The notes under the pieces are model-generated. The model saw only the letters and a program-made list of their open reading frames with translations, did not search any database and had not been told where the DNA came from. A program made the position numbers and the translations under genes. Of a stretch of 62,104 nt of DNA, positions 16,650-26,014 are shown piece by piece. Location: NCBI GenBank assembly GCA_003551215.1, contig PUMD01000137.1, forward strand, positions 1-62,104, written 5' to 3'. Positions within the stretch are counted from its first letter, which is position 1. The number at the start of each line of letters is the position of its first letter. The stretch comes from Clostridia bacterium (GTDB taxonomy: Bacteria; Bacillota; Sulfobacillia; SLMV01).

Positions 16650-17828
16650 ATGAAACATTCAGCGATTTTGGACGAAATCGTGCTGCCGAGGCCAAACGGC
16701 AGCGAAGCATTCTTTGAGGTGGCCGAATTTATCCGCCGCCGGCTGCAGGAAGAAAACATAGCCGTGGACACGCACAGCTTCCTTCTCCGCCCCTGCATGC
16801 TGCCGATGCTCGGGCTTACCATTGTAATTTCGGCGGTGCTGTGCACCTACCTGGCGCTGACGCATAAGGCGCTGGCTGCGGCTGCCCTTCCCCTGGTGGT
16901 GGCGGTGATTGTCGCGGAACTGGTTTTACACATTCCGATAGTCAGCGGCCTTTACCAGGTCGATGCCGAAAATCTCGTGGTCAAATTCCATCCCTCCGAC
17001 ATGAAAAGGGAGCTTATCTTCTCTGCTCATTACGATTCAAAAACTCAGCCTTTTGATCATCACCAGCGCAGTCTCATCATCGGACTCAGTGCAGCTGCCG
17101 CGGCTGCCTGGGTTGTTGTAACCGGCCTCCGATGGCGCATGTTCAGCGTGCAGTCGTCTGTGAATTCGACGCACGATGTTCTGCAGAGGGCGATTATCTA
17201 CATTTTGTCGCTTCACTGGCTGACAGCTGGCTTCGCCTTCGGCGGGGGTTCTGTGCTGAAGCCTTCCGACGGGGCAGTGGATAACGCGGGCTCGGTGGCG
17301 GTGATGATGCTCCTGGCCGGGGAGCTGGCCGCGGCAGACCTGCCGGAGACCGGAGTTACTCTGCTTTTTACCGCCGGTGAGGAACTGAATATGCAGGGGT
17401 CGCGGGCTTACGTCAATGACCGCCTGGCAGAAGGGCTATCGCATCCTGTCTTCAATATTAACCTGGAATTTGTCGCTCAGGAGGGCGGCTATGTTTACTG
17501 GACAGAGGACGGAAACCTCCTGCGCCAGTTAGATACCTGCAGGCGGCTCAACGAGATCCTGGGGGCAGCAGTTCATCGGGTGACGGGAGAGGAACTTCAA
17601 CCCATGCCGCCGGGCTTTGTGGGATTCAGCGACAGCGCATCCTTTTTAGCGGCAAAAATACCGTCAACCACCCTCAGCAGCGCCGGGTCCGATGAGCTGG
17701 GAACTCGCCGCATGCACACTTCGCTGGACAACCGGGACCGACTGATGGAGGACAAAATTCCTCAGGTCGTCAACATTTTGAAGGAGGTTGCATGCAATTT
17801 TTCCGACCTGCAATCCGCCAGCCCGTAG
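16650..17828 (+). CDS. membrane-anchored M28-family metallopeptidase
   Basis: M28 ligand pattern: FSAHYDSK (HxD), DNAGSVAV, FTAGEELNMQGS (EE), RMHTSLD. TM helices interrupt the N-terminal part. ATG 16650 is preceded by GAGGGGA. Confidence 0.7.
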   Translation: MKHSAILDEIVLPRPNGSEAFFEVAEFIRRRLQEENIAVDTHSFLLRPCMLPMLGLTIVISAVLCTYLALTHKALAAAALPLVVAVIVAELVLHIPIVSGLYQVDAENLVVKFHPSDMKRELIFSAHYDSKTQPFDHHQRSLIIGLSAAAAAAWVVVTGLRWRMFSVQSSVNSTHDVLQRAIIYILSLHWLTAGFAFGGGSVLKPSDGAVDNAGSVAVMMLLAGELAAADLPETGVTLLFTAGEELNMQGSRAYVNDRLAEGLSHPVFNINLEFVAQEGGYVYWTEDGNLLRQLDTCRRLNEILGAAVHRVTGEELQPMPPGFVGFSDSASFLAAKIPSTTLSSAGSDELGTRRMHTSLDNRDRLMEDKIPQVVNILKEVACNFSDLQSASP

Positions 17829-18031
17829 TCACCGCGAAAGTCAGCCTTCCCCTTGCACCCGCCGTCCGGAGGGCAGCGCCGCATTGCATGCCGGGCGCCC
17901 GCCTCTTTACCCACCGCCTATTTCGGACTCCACTCAGTCTGCCTTCGCCTCCGGCAGCGCACACCAAGTCAATCTCAGGGGGCCGCTGTGCTCCCTGCGG
18001 CCCCCCTGCTGTGCAGCACTATCTTTGTCCT

Positions 18032-19900
18032 TCAGTCAGAAACTACGATTATATACCCCACGCTGTCTTCTGCATCCAGGCCGAATTCCACCGAATCCCC
18101 GACCGAAAGTCCACCCGTTACGATCCGCTTGCCGTCTTCATCGAAGGCGAACACGGCCTCGGCAAAGGGATAGGTGTCTGCGTCAACCCTGATGTAGGTG
18201 GCCCGCACCCGGGTGAGTTCTCCGGAATGAATCAGCATGGCGTCACCGGCTGTCACACCGGTCAGGTCGCTTCTGTCCGTCTGCAGGTAGGCGATGTCTC
18301 CCACCGCGAGGTCCTCGAGGATGACCTCAATCAGAGCCTTGTGATCATCTCTGTGCAGCTTGAAGGTCACATCGGTACCGTCGGCAGTGATAAATATGAC
18401 GGTCAGCTGCCTGGCAGTCTCCTCGTACGAATCCAGCTGGGCGTAGTAGTCCCTTTTGTCCACCGGTGCCGGCTCGGTGAGCAGCACGCGGGCGATTCCG
18501 GTGCTGTCCAGCAGCAAAGCTGCCTCACCTGAGGGTCTGTCGATATCGCGGTAATGGACTTTTCGGGTAGTACCGTCGGCCAGCTTGATGCGCACGAACG
18601 CACCGTCGAGGTCACGACCGGTACCCACGATTTCCCCCTCGACGATATTGCTTATGCTCACCGAAACCCATATCACTTCCGAATCAACCGCATTGTCGTA
18701 GGTGCGAACATGGGCAACCGCGGCAGGCTCATCAGCCCAGCGCTTTTGAAAATCGGCGAACTCCTTACCCAGTCTGGAAAACTTCACCCGTTTTCCGTCA
18801 AGCCAGACTTCTGTATCGTCGTCAACGGCGAGCTTTCTGCCGTCGACAGTAATGAACCCGAAATCATCCTCGTCCTTATCGACTTCAACCTTGCTCAAAA
18901 GGGCATCTGCGTAGGTGTCAAGCATGGCGGTTATTGCCACCACCGCACCATCGTCAAAAATTGCAGTTACAGTCTCGTCAACCAGACCGTAGTCTTCGAT
19001 CAGATCCCACAGGGCAGAAATGGCATCTGCCTTGGTGAAGCTGATCTCATTTTGGTTGACGACCAGAGAAAAATCCTCGTCAAACCTGACATCGTATCTT
19101 GTCCCGTCGATGCTGATGCGCTCGGTCCTTGGATAGTAGTTCAGAAGCTGCCCCGTTACAATCTCCTTTACATCCCGATATTCGTGATAGGCGTTCCAGC
19201 TTGTGCGGTGGTGACGCGCCATCAGGGGTTCGGTCTCCAGGCTTTTTCCGTCCCGGTCCTGCAATTTCAGCCTGCCGGCGGTCATCATTGCCCGGAAGGT
19301 GGCCGAAACCATCTCTCCGCGCAGGATATCCAGGTCGCTGTAGGCGGTTTCTGCGTCCTCGAAGAGGCCCATCTCCTCGGCGGCGATCATGGCGTTGACC
19401 GGCCACGGCCCCTGCAGAAGGTGAGCGTTATCAGTGACCCGGGCAAGCAGGGTGGCTATCTCGGCGAAAGACAGGTTCTCGTTGGGACGGACGGTACCGT
19501 CAGGATAGCCTTCAAACCATCCGCGCGCCTGCGCCAGCACCATATAACCGCGGGCCCAGGTGGGAATGTCAGCGTCATCATCCCAGCTGGTAGAGCCCGT
19601 CTCAAGACGACCAGCCAGCCGGGACTCCCCTTTCATCCTGGTCAGGACTGCCGCCATCTGAGCGCGGGTGAAGCAGTCAAAGGGCAAAAGCCTGTGCTGC
19701 TGGTCTCCCCGGAATATGCCCGCATGCCCCAGGAAGTAGGCAGCCTCGCTGAAAACCGCGTCCTCCCATCCATCAGCATCAGTAAAGTACTCGGCAACAT
19801 CCAGGCCGGGGTTGGCCAACACAGCCACAGGAGAAATAAACCCGAAAACCATAACTGCGATTACGGCCAGCGCTGCATTTTTGATCCTGATTCTTTTCAT
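18032..19900 (-). CDS. secreted SLH-domain cell-wall protein with an uncharacterised ~400-aa C-terminal region
   Basis: Signal peptide MKRIRIKNAALAVIAVMVFGFISPVAVLA. SLH-like repeats (FTDADGWEDAVFSEAAYFLGHAGIFRG...FTRAQMAAVLTRM; IPTWARGYMVLAQARGWFEGYPDGTVRPNENLSFAEIATLLARV). Confidence 0.8.
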   Translation of the reverse strand: MKRIRIKNAALAVIAVMVFGFISPVAVLANPGLDVAEYFTDADGWEDAVFSEAAYFLGHAGIFRGDQQHRLLPFDCFTRAQMAAVLTRMKGESRLAGRLETGSTSWDDDADIPTWARGYMVLAQARGWFEGYPDGTVRPNENLSFAEIATLLARVTDNAHLLQGPWPVNAMIAAEEMGLFEDAETAYSDLDILRGEMVSATFRAMMTAGRLKLQDRDGKSLETEPLMARHHRTSWNAYHEYRDVKEIVTGQLLNYYPRTERISIDGTRYDVRFDEDFSLVVNQNEISFTKADAISALWDLIEDYGLVDETVTAIFDDGAVVAITAMLDTYADALLSKVEVDKDEDDFGFITVDGRKLAVDDDTEVWLDGKRVKFSRLGKEFADFQKRWADEPAAVAHVRTYDNAVDSEVIWVSVSISNIVEGEIVGTGRDLDGAFVRIKLADGTTRKVHYRDIDRPSGEAALLLDSTGIARVLLTEPAPVDKRDYYAQLDSYEETARQLTVIFITADGTDVTFKLHRDDHKALIEVILEDLAVGDIAYLQTDRSDLTGVTAGDAMLIHSGELTRVRATYIRVDADTYPFAEAVFAFDEDGKRIVTGGLSVGDSVEFGLDAEDSVGYIIVVSD

Positions 19901-20378
19901 CTGTCATTTTCCCTTCTTTTTTTTGACTGGCCTGCCCCCACAGCGCCTCCTCAGGGCGCTCTCGAGACGTCGGAACCCCCCGCCAGGATGCAGTCCGCGG
20001 GGGGCTGAACGTCAACGGCGATGCATTATTCGATTACCTTAATTTAGCCTGGTTTGCGCCATTTTTCAAGCAGGATCCCGCCAAAAACGGTCGATGTAAC
20101 AGAAAAATCATGGAATATACTGGACCAAAGCCAGCTGATGTTAAGCGGGCTCATCGCCAAAAGATCTGCACCTGAAATGAAGCACCGAAATCGCATATTG
20201 GGGCACGCCATCACGCCCCCGACTACCCGCCTGCGGCATGAGGCACAACCAACGCGGCAAAAAAATAGTCCTGGGAATTCTGCATAAATCCTGCCGGTGA
20301 CCTCATATATGTGCAGGGAGCAGGCCTGGTAACTGTGCTGCTGCGTGCGGTGATTGAGTATTGAAAGGGTTGTGAGGA

Positions 20379-21377
20379 TTGAAAGCCTTCGGAAGCAAAA
20401 AAATTCTTCTGAGTGTAGCGATCGCTGCGTTGATTATAACGGCGTCTCTGTGGATTTTGGCGGTGGACAGGCCTTCTGCAGCTGCAGACCGGCAAAAAGG
20501 GCAGCCCGGGCCCATCAGAAATGGCAGCATAAACCATCCTGCGAGGGCTTTTTTCTGGGCGGAAGCCAGCCAGGCTGCAGCTTTGGCCGGACAGCAGTAT
20601 TCACCGGATGCTGCCGCCCGCACCCGAAATCTGGCCTATCTCCTGCTGGGCTTTATGATGGTGCTGGTGCTGGTGGGCGGCTGGAAGGGAATCACCACTA
20701 TTTTCACCCTTTTTATCACTGCTGCAGGTATCGCTGGATTTCTGCTTCCTGCACTGCTGGCTGGCCGCGACGCTGTCTCCACCTCGGTACTGGTGTGTGC
20801 GTCAGTAGCAGCCACAGCACTGGTAATCAACGGTGGATTGACAGTCAAGACGCTGGCCGCAGCCATCGGGACGACCGGCGGTGTTGTGGCAGCCGGCATC
20901 CTTGCCTCCGTTGCCAGTCGTGCTGTTGCCCTTACCCCGATGGATATAGACGATCTGCAGGTTCTGTCCCACCTTCCGCAGGGAGCGGAGATCGACCTGC
21001 GGGGCGTGCTGTTCGCAGGAATGATTATCGGTGCGCTGGGGGCTGTCATGGACGTGGGGATGAGCATCTCATCAGCCATGCAGGAGGTGAAAAACGCCGA
21101 TCCCCGCATCACCGGAGTGCAGCTGTTTTCCGCGGGTATGAATGTCGGCCGGGACATAATGAGCACCATGGCCAACACGCTCATCCTGGCATACACCGGC
21201 AGCGCCATTCCCCTGCTGCTTTTGCTGACCGCCCACCGGACTCCCCTTGAGAGGATCGTGGGCATGGAGACGGTGACCACCGAGCTGGTCAGAATACTCG
21301 CCGGAAGCATCGGCCTGATACTGTGCATTCCTGTCACCGCAGCCGCCGCCAGCCTGATGATGAACGGGCGACGGTAG
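20379..21377 (+). CDS. YibE/F-family integral membrane protein
   Basis: N-terminal TM plus a polytopic C-terminal half with GALGAVMDVGMSISSAMQEV and ANTLILAYTGSAIPLLLL blocks, as I remember for YibE/F proteins. TTG start. Confidence 0.65.
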   Translation: MKAFGSKKILLSVAIAALIITASLWILAVDRPSAAADRQKGQPGPIRNGSINHPARAFFWAEASQAAALAGQQYSPDAAARTRNLAYLLLGFMMVLVLVGGWKGITTIFTLFITAAGIAGFLLPALLAGRDAVSTSVLVCASVAATALVINGGLTVKTLAAAIGTTGGVVAAGILASVASRAVALTPMDIDDLQVLSHLPQGAEIDLRGVLFAGMIIGALGAVMDVGMSISSAMQEVKNADPRITGVQLFSAGMNVGRDIMSTMANTLILAYTGSAIPLLLLLTAHRTPLERIVGMETVTTELVRILAGSIGLILCIPVTAAAASLMMNGRR

Positions 21378-21550
21378 GGAGCCGGACAGCCTCCCGCATA
21401 TCGACAGCTCAGCAAAACCGGTGTATGCTGAAATCCGAAGGCACCGGGTGGCGCCAGCCCGGAGTGCTTTTTGTTTACCTCTGACTCCGGGCCGGGAAGC
21501 TGAAGTGTCCGCTGCCCCGCGGCCGCCCAAATTTCACCGGGGAGGAAAAC

Positions 21551-22357
21551 ATGCCCGAAATACCGGAAATATACGCCATGGCATCTCAGCTGAATGAGGT
21601 AATGGCTGATGAAATCATCAAAAAAGCGGAAGTCAGTCAGGAAAAATGCCTTAATGTGCCGCCGGAGAAGTTCGGGGATGAAGTGACCGGTGCCCGCATC
21701 CGGCGGGTAACCCCCACAGGTAAATGGATCTTCGTTCACATGAGCGGCAGCAGAAAACTGCTGGTCAATCTCGGCATGGGGGCTGATGTTCGCTGGAATA
21801 GGGCCGGGGAGAAGCCGCAGGTCAGGCTGATTTTTTCCTCCGGCAGTACCCTGTCGTTGAAATTCTGGTGGTTCGGACACGTTCACCTGGTCAAAGATGA
21901 CGAAATGCCCGCGCACCGGTCCACAGCGAACCTGGGTCCCGACGCACTCGATGATGAGCTGACGGAGGACAGATTCATGCAGCTTATGCAAAGCAGACGG
22001 GGCCAGATAAAGCCTCTGCTGCAGAACCAGAAGTTCATCGCCGGGATAGGCAACGTCTACGTGCAGGACATGCTATTTGCTGCCGGGATCCACCCGCGCA
22101 GCCGGGTGCCGGCCATACCGAAAGAAAAGCTGCAGAAGCTGTACCGGGGCATGAAGCGGCAGCTGAGCTGCGCGGTAGAGCTTTCGGGAATTGCCTACGA
22201 GCGCGACATATACGGAAACCCGGGAAGGCTTGAGCATTTTCAGGTAGCCTACCGCGAGGGCGAGGAATGCCCGCGCTGCGGCGAATCGATCAAAAAAGAA
22301 AAGGTTGGCAGTTCCGCCGCCTACTTCTGTCCGCGCTGCCAGATACTGCACCGCTGA
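21551..22357 (+). CDS. Fpg/Nei-family DNA glycosylase/AP lyase
   Basis: N-terminal MPEIPEI (catalytic Pro2/Glu3), the H2TH region, and a C-terminal zinc finger CPRCGESIKKEKVGSSAAYFCPRCQ. GGGGAGG box upstream. Confidence 0.85.
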   Translation: MPEIPEIYAMASQLNEVMADEIIKKAEVSQEKCLNVPPEKFGDEVTGARIRRVTPTGKWIFVHMSGSRKLLVNLGMGADVRWNRAGEKPQVRLIFSSGSTLSLKFWWFGHVHLVKDDEMPAHRSTANLGPDALDDELTEDRFMQLMQSRRGQIKPLLQNQKFIAGIGNVYVQDMLFAAGIHPRSRVPAIPKEKLQKLYRGMKRQLSCAVELSGIAYERDIYGNPGRLEHFQVAYREGEECPRCGESIKKEKVGSSAAYFCPRCQILHR

Positions 22358-22537
22358 GCCAGCTTTTTCGGTTGCTCAGTAGATTGCGGCAAAGTGCCAC
22401 CACCCGCTGAAAAAGAGCCCGATTCTGCCCCGGAGGCGAGAGTGTATTTTCACCAGCCGGGCAGCATCATCCCCTTTTCATTGTCTGCTGAAGACAGCAA
22501 ACCAACAGACAACACATTGCATGGTTCGGAAGCCTGA

Positions 22538-22607
22538 TCGGCTGCAAAGGCACCAAGCTGCAGCCGACAGAAGGGGGTCCGGACGAAAACTGCCTCCCTC
22601 CGGACCC
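22538..22607. terminator. two tandem GC-rich hairpins between convergent genes (possible bidirectional terminators)
   Basis: TCGGCTGCA/TGCAGCCGA (22538-22567) and GGGTCCGGA/TCCGGACCC (22575-22607), each a 9-bp stem. There is no clear U tract on either strand. Confidence 0.3.
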
Positions 22608-22641
22608 AACACTGAACACCAGCAGTAAGTTTCTTTATTGT

Positions 22642-24234
22642 TCAGAAATCAACCGGCATCTCGATTACCGTGGGACCATCGGCAGAAAAGGCCTCCTGCA
22701 GCCTGGTATCCAGCTTCTGCGGTGTGTTGACTCGCTGAGCCTGGGCGCCGAAAGACCGGGCCAGATCGACGAAATCCGGGTTGGTCAGGTCCGTGCCGAA
22801 CTCGTGCTTGCCGCGCATTTTCTGAATCCTTGCCACCATTCCGTAAGAATCGTTGTTGAGGACCAACACCGGTACGGGAATTTTGTACTTCACCGCCGTG
22901 GCCAGCTCAGAGGCTGTGAACAGGAATCCCCCATCGCCGCAGACCGACAGAACGCGCCGTTCCGGCCGGGCCAGCTTGGCTCCCAGCGCCGCCGGCATCG
23001 ACCAGCCCAGCGTACCCAGCCCGCGGGGGAACAAAAAGCTGCGCGGCTTTCGCGCTGTATATTCACTTGAAGCACGGTAGCAAAGTACAGTCATGTCGCA
23101 CACCAGTATGTCCTCATCACCAAGGTTCTGCCGCAGAACCTCTATGATCTTGCGCTGATCCTGCGCCTCGGGCTCATCGTCCAAAAGACTGCCGCGCAGC
23201 TGCTCGATCTCCTTCCGATATTCGTCCCCGGCACCCGGGTCACCCTGCTGGCTGCACAGGACATCCACAAGCTGGCGGGCGAACAGCCCTGCGTCGCTTC
23301 TGATCTGAAGACGCGGCCGGTAGAATCTATTCTCGCTCAGATCCACATCCACCCGCACCGTATCAGCGGGAAAATCAATCTCTCCTGACGAAGTCTCCGA
23401 TGCTGCCAGCTGGCTTCCCACTATCAAAGCGGCATCAGAAGAGGCGACAAACTGCTTCAGCTTCTCCGAACGGAGGTGGTTCCCCAGGTTCAACGGATGG
23501 TCCCCCGGCACAACCCCCTTTCCCGCACAGGTCACCACGACAGCCGCACCAAGTAGTTCGGCCAGGCGGGTAAGGTGCTCAGAAGCCCCGGCTGCCCCAC
23601 CTCCCAGCCACAAAAGCGGCCTGCGGGCGGAACGAAGAATGTCAGCAGCCTGCTTCACGTGATCGTGCGACGGAGTCAACACCTCCATGTCCACGTCAGG
23701 GCTGAGGTTCATCTCGGCCTTCTGCCCAAGAACGTCGGTCGGTATCTCAATATGCACCGCCTGCGGGCGCCTTCTGCGCAGGTATGTTATGGCGGAAGCC
23801 ACTGCGTGGGGTACCTGCTGGGGGTCCTCCACCCGCTGATTGTAAGCAGTGCAGCCTCCGGTGACCGCCAGCTGGTCCTTAAGCTGGTGATGAGCCCCGA
23901 CATACTGGTCGGCAAACCTACTCTCGCTTTGCGAAGTAATCAAAAGCAAAGGAGATGAATCGGAATAAGCCTGGGCCAGGGCGGTGGCTGCGTTGGTCAC
24001 CCCAGGGCCGGTGATGGCCAGGCATACCCCGACATCGCCGCCGGCTCTGGCATACCCATCAGCCATAAAACCCGCCCCGCATTCGTGCCGCGCGGTGATG
24101 TGGGTGATGTCGTCCTGTTTGTGATACAGAGCTTCGTAGATCTCTATCGTGTGGGCACCGACGATCCCGAAAACCGTGTCTATGCCTTGCTCTGTCAGGG
24201 TTTGTACGACTGCTTCTGCACCGGTCATCTGCAT
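22642..24234 (-). CDS. thiamine-pyrophosphate-dependent enzyme, acetolactate-synthase-like family
   Basis: N-terminus MTGAEAVVQTLTEQGIDTVFGIVGAH and TPP-binding motif CGDGGFLFTASELATA; 530 aa. Confidence 0.85.
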   Translation of the reverse strand: MQMTGAEAVVQTLTEQGIDTVFGIVGAHTIEIYEALYHKQDDITHITARHECGAGFMADGYARAGGDVGVCLAITGPGVTNAATALAQAYSDSSPLLLITSQSESRFADQYVGAHHQLKDQLAVTGGCTAYNQRVEDPQQVPHAVASAITYLRRRRPQAVHIEIPTDVLGQKAEMNLSPDVDMEVLTPSHDHVKQAADILRSARRPLLWLGGGAAGASEHLTRLAELLGAAVVVTCAGKGVVPGDHPLNLGNHLRSEKLKQFVASSDAALIVGSQLAASETSSGEIDFPADTVRVDVDLSENRFYRPRLQIRSDAGLFARQLVDVLCSQQGDPGAGDEYRKEIEQLRGSLLDDEPEAQDQRKIIEVLRQNLGDEDILVCDMTVLCYRASSEYTARKPRSFLFPRGLGTLGWSMPAALGAKLARPERRVLSVCGDGGFLFTASELATAVKYKIPVPVLVLNNDSYGMVARIQKMRGKHEFGTDLTNPDFVDLARSFGAQAQRVNTPQKLDTRLQEAFSADGPTVIEMPVDF

Positions 24235-24621
24235 AGGTGACTACCTCCCGGGAGAATATATATGTGAGCTTAAAACTCTTTTCCTTCCAACGAGCCCATG
24301 CATCAGTCAACGCACCTGCAACCTCCAGCTTCGCTGCTGCCCTCCGGACAGCAGCCCCGGACCAAATCCCAAAGGCCCTGATAACTGCTTGGACGTCATA
24401 TCCCGTTTTCCTCCCCGCAGCGTCCCAACAACCACCCCCGGTGGGACACTTTTGACAATAGGGATGTGAAAAAGCAGTGCTGCACAGCGGTCCATCCTCT
24501 CTGCGCAGGACCAACCAGCCAGCCCTCTTCACCATCGCCATTTTCGTCGTTTGATAAACAAAACAGGACAGGCGGATGAGCGCAAGTCTGGTCGTGATCG
24601 CGGTAGATCCAGATCAGGCAT

Positions 24622-24630
24622 TGGTATAAA
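24622..24630 (+). promoter_or_regulatory. candidate extended -10 element (TGgTATAAA) upstream of the mrp B-C-D-D genes
   Basis: Sequence ttGGTATAAAat lies 57 nt upstream of ATG 24687. The -35 is weak. This is inference only. Confidence 0.25.
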
Positions 24631-24686
24631 ATCATCATGGCAAGCGAAATGACACTCACAAATCCAAAGCATGGAGCTGTGTAATT

Positions 24687-24941
24687 ATGGAGAGTGCTCT
24701 TATCTCAGTACTGCTGGTGTTTTTGCTGGGCGCGGCATCAGCTGCAGTATTTTTCGACAGCATACTTAACTCAATAATATCACTCGGTGTGTTCGGTGCT
24801 CTGATGGCGGCAGTGTTTGTGGTGTATCAGGCACCCGATGTGGCCATGGCTCAGGCGGTTGTCGGAGCTGGCCTCATAACCTCTTTTTTTGTGGTGACGC
24901 TGAGTAAAACGTCAGCAGGTGCAAAGTCCGAACCTGAATGA
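24687..24941 (+). CDS. Mrp/Mbh-type small membrane subunit (MnhB-related, DUF4040/MbhD-like)
   Basis: 84-aa protein with 3 TM helices, first gene of the antiporter cluster, immediately followed by an MnhB-type subunit. Confidence 0.65.
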   Translation: MESALISVLLVFLLGAASAAVFFDSILNSIISLGVFGALMAAVFVVYQAPDVAMAQAVVGAGLITSFFVVTLSKTSAGAKSEPE

Positions 24942-24953
24942 AGGAGGTCTGTC

Positions 24954-25670
24954 ATGAAGAAAGCCGTCGCTCTGGTGTTGATGCTGCTTCTGGGAGCCTG
25001 CCTGCTGAGCGCCCTATCCGGCATCCCTCAGGCAGAGTACCGCCTTCTGCATGGTGAAGCCCCTGCCCGCATAGTTCAGCACGGAATGGACGACACCGGA
25101 GCAGTCAACCTGGTCACCGGGGTACTGTTCGACTACCGCAGCTTCGATACCCTGGGTGAAAGCACGGTTATCTTCACTGCCGTCGCCGGGATCATGATGC
25201 TTTTTTTGCCCGGGCAGGTCCCGCTGGCCGGCAAGGGACTCTCGTCCATGGCCAAAAGGAGCGTAGATCTGCTGCTTCCCTTTGTTCTGATTGTTGGATT
25301 GTACGTGATCAGCCACGGGCACATATCACCCGGCGGGGGATTTCAGGGAGGTACCATCTGGGCCACTCTGACCATTTTGATGTGCATAGTGTACGGGACC
25401 CAATTCGAAAGCCAGTTCATCGAATACGACGCGAAAAAGACGCTGGAATCGGCTGCAGCCGTTGCTCTGCTGCTGGTTGGTGCTGTGGCCCTGTTCGCCG
25501 GTTACCCCTTTCTGTCCAATCTGGCAGCAGGATTTCCCGGCGGGACCCCCGGTCAGCTGGTCAGCGCAGGACACATCCCCTGGCTCAATGCGGCAGTGGG
25601 GATGAAGGTGGCAGCAGGACTGTCTTTGATTTTCTTCAGCATGGTTAAGAAGAAATCAGGGGAGGGGTAA
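24954..25670 (+). CDS. mnhB: Na+/H+ antiporter subunit B (MnhB/MrpB)
   Basis: Motif GAVNLVTGVLFDYRSFDTLGESTVIF is typical of MnhB. Confidence 0.8.
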   Translation: MKKAVALVLMLLLGACLLSALSGIPQAEYRLLHGEAPARIVQHGMDDTGAVNLVTGVLFDYRSFDTLGESTVIFTAVAGIMMLFLPGQVPLAGKGLSSMAKRSVDLLLPFVLIVGLYVISHGHISPGGGFQGGTIWATLTILMCIVYGTQFESQFIEYDAKKTLESAAAVALLLVGAVALFAGYPFLSNLAAGFPGGTPGQLVSAGHIPWLNAAVGMKVAAGLSLIFFSMVKKKSGEG

Positions 25671-25672
25671 GC

Positions 25673-26014
25673 ATGACTTTCGCCCACCTGATTATGTTGG
25701 GACTATTTTTGCTGGGATTCTGGTGCGTACTGACGGAAACCGACCTGATCAAGATAGTGGTCGGTTTTAACATAATGGAAGCCAGCCTGCTGCTGCTGTT
25801 GGTGAAGATGGCATACGTACCCGGCGGCAGGCCGCCCATACTGTTTCCGGCGGCCCCCGACGCCGCAAAGATAGTCGATCCCATCCCTCAGGCGCTCACC
25901 CTTACCGCCATAGTCATCGGGGCAGCCACCACTGCGCTGATGCTGAGCCTCATAGTCCAGCTGCACCGGCACTACGGCACAACTGATCTCGACGAACTGA
26001 GGGAAATTAGATGA
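25673..26014 (+). CDS. mnhC: Na+/H+ antiporter subunit C (MnhC/MrpC, NuoK-like)
   Basis: 113-aa, 3-TM NuoK-like protein; TDLIKIVVGFNIMEASLLLLLV. Confidence 0.8.
   Translation: MTFAHLIMLGLFLLGFWCVLTETDLIKIVVGFNIMEASLLLLLVKMAYVPGGRPPILFPAAPDAAKIVDPIPQALTLTAIVIGAATTALMLSLIVQLHRHYGTTDLDELREIR

Noticed and set aside
18554-20008. 484-aa plus-strand ORF
   Set aside because: It is antisense to the SLH-domain gene, which has a signal peptide, SLH repeats and a proper start context. The antisense ORF has no motif or SD support.
20636-21991. 451-aa minus-strand ORF spanning two genes
   Set aside because: It runs antisense across the YibE/F gene, the intergenic spacer and the Fpg/Nei gene. It has Pro/Arg/Ser-rich low-information composition, whereas both sense genes carry clear family signatures.
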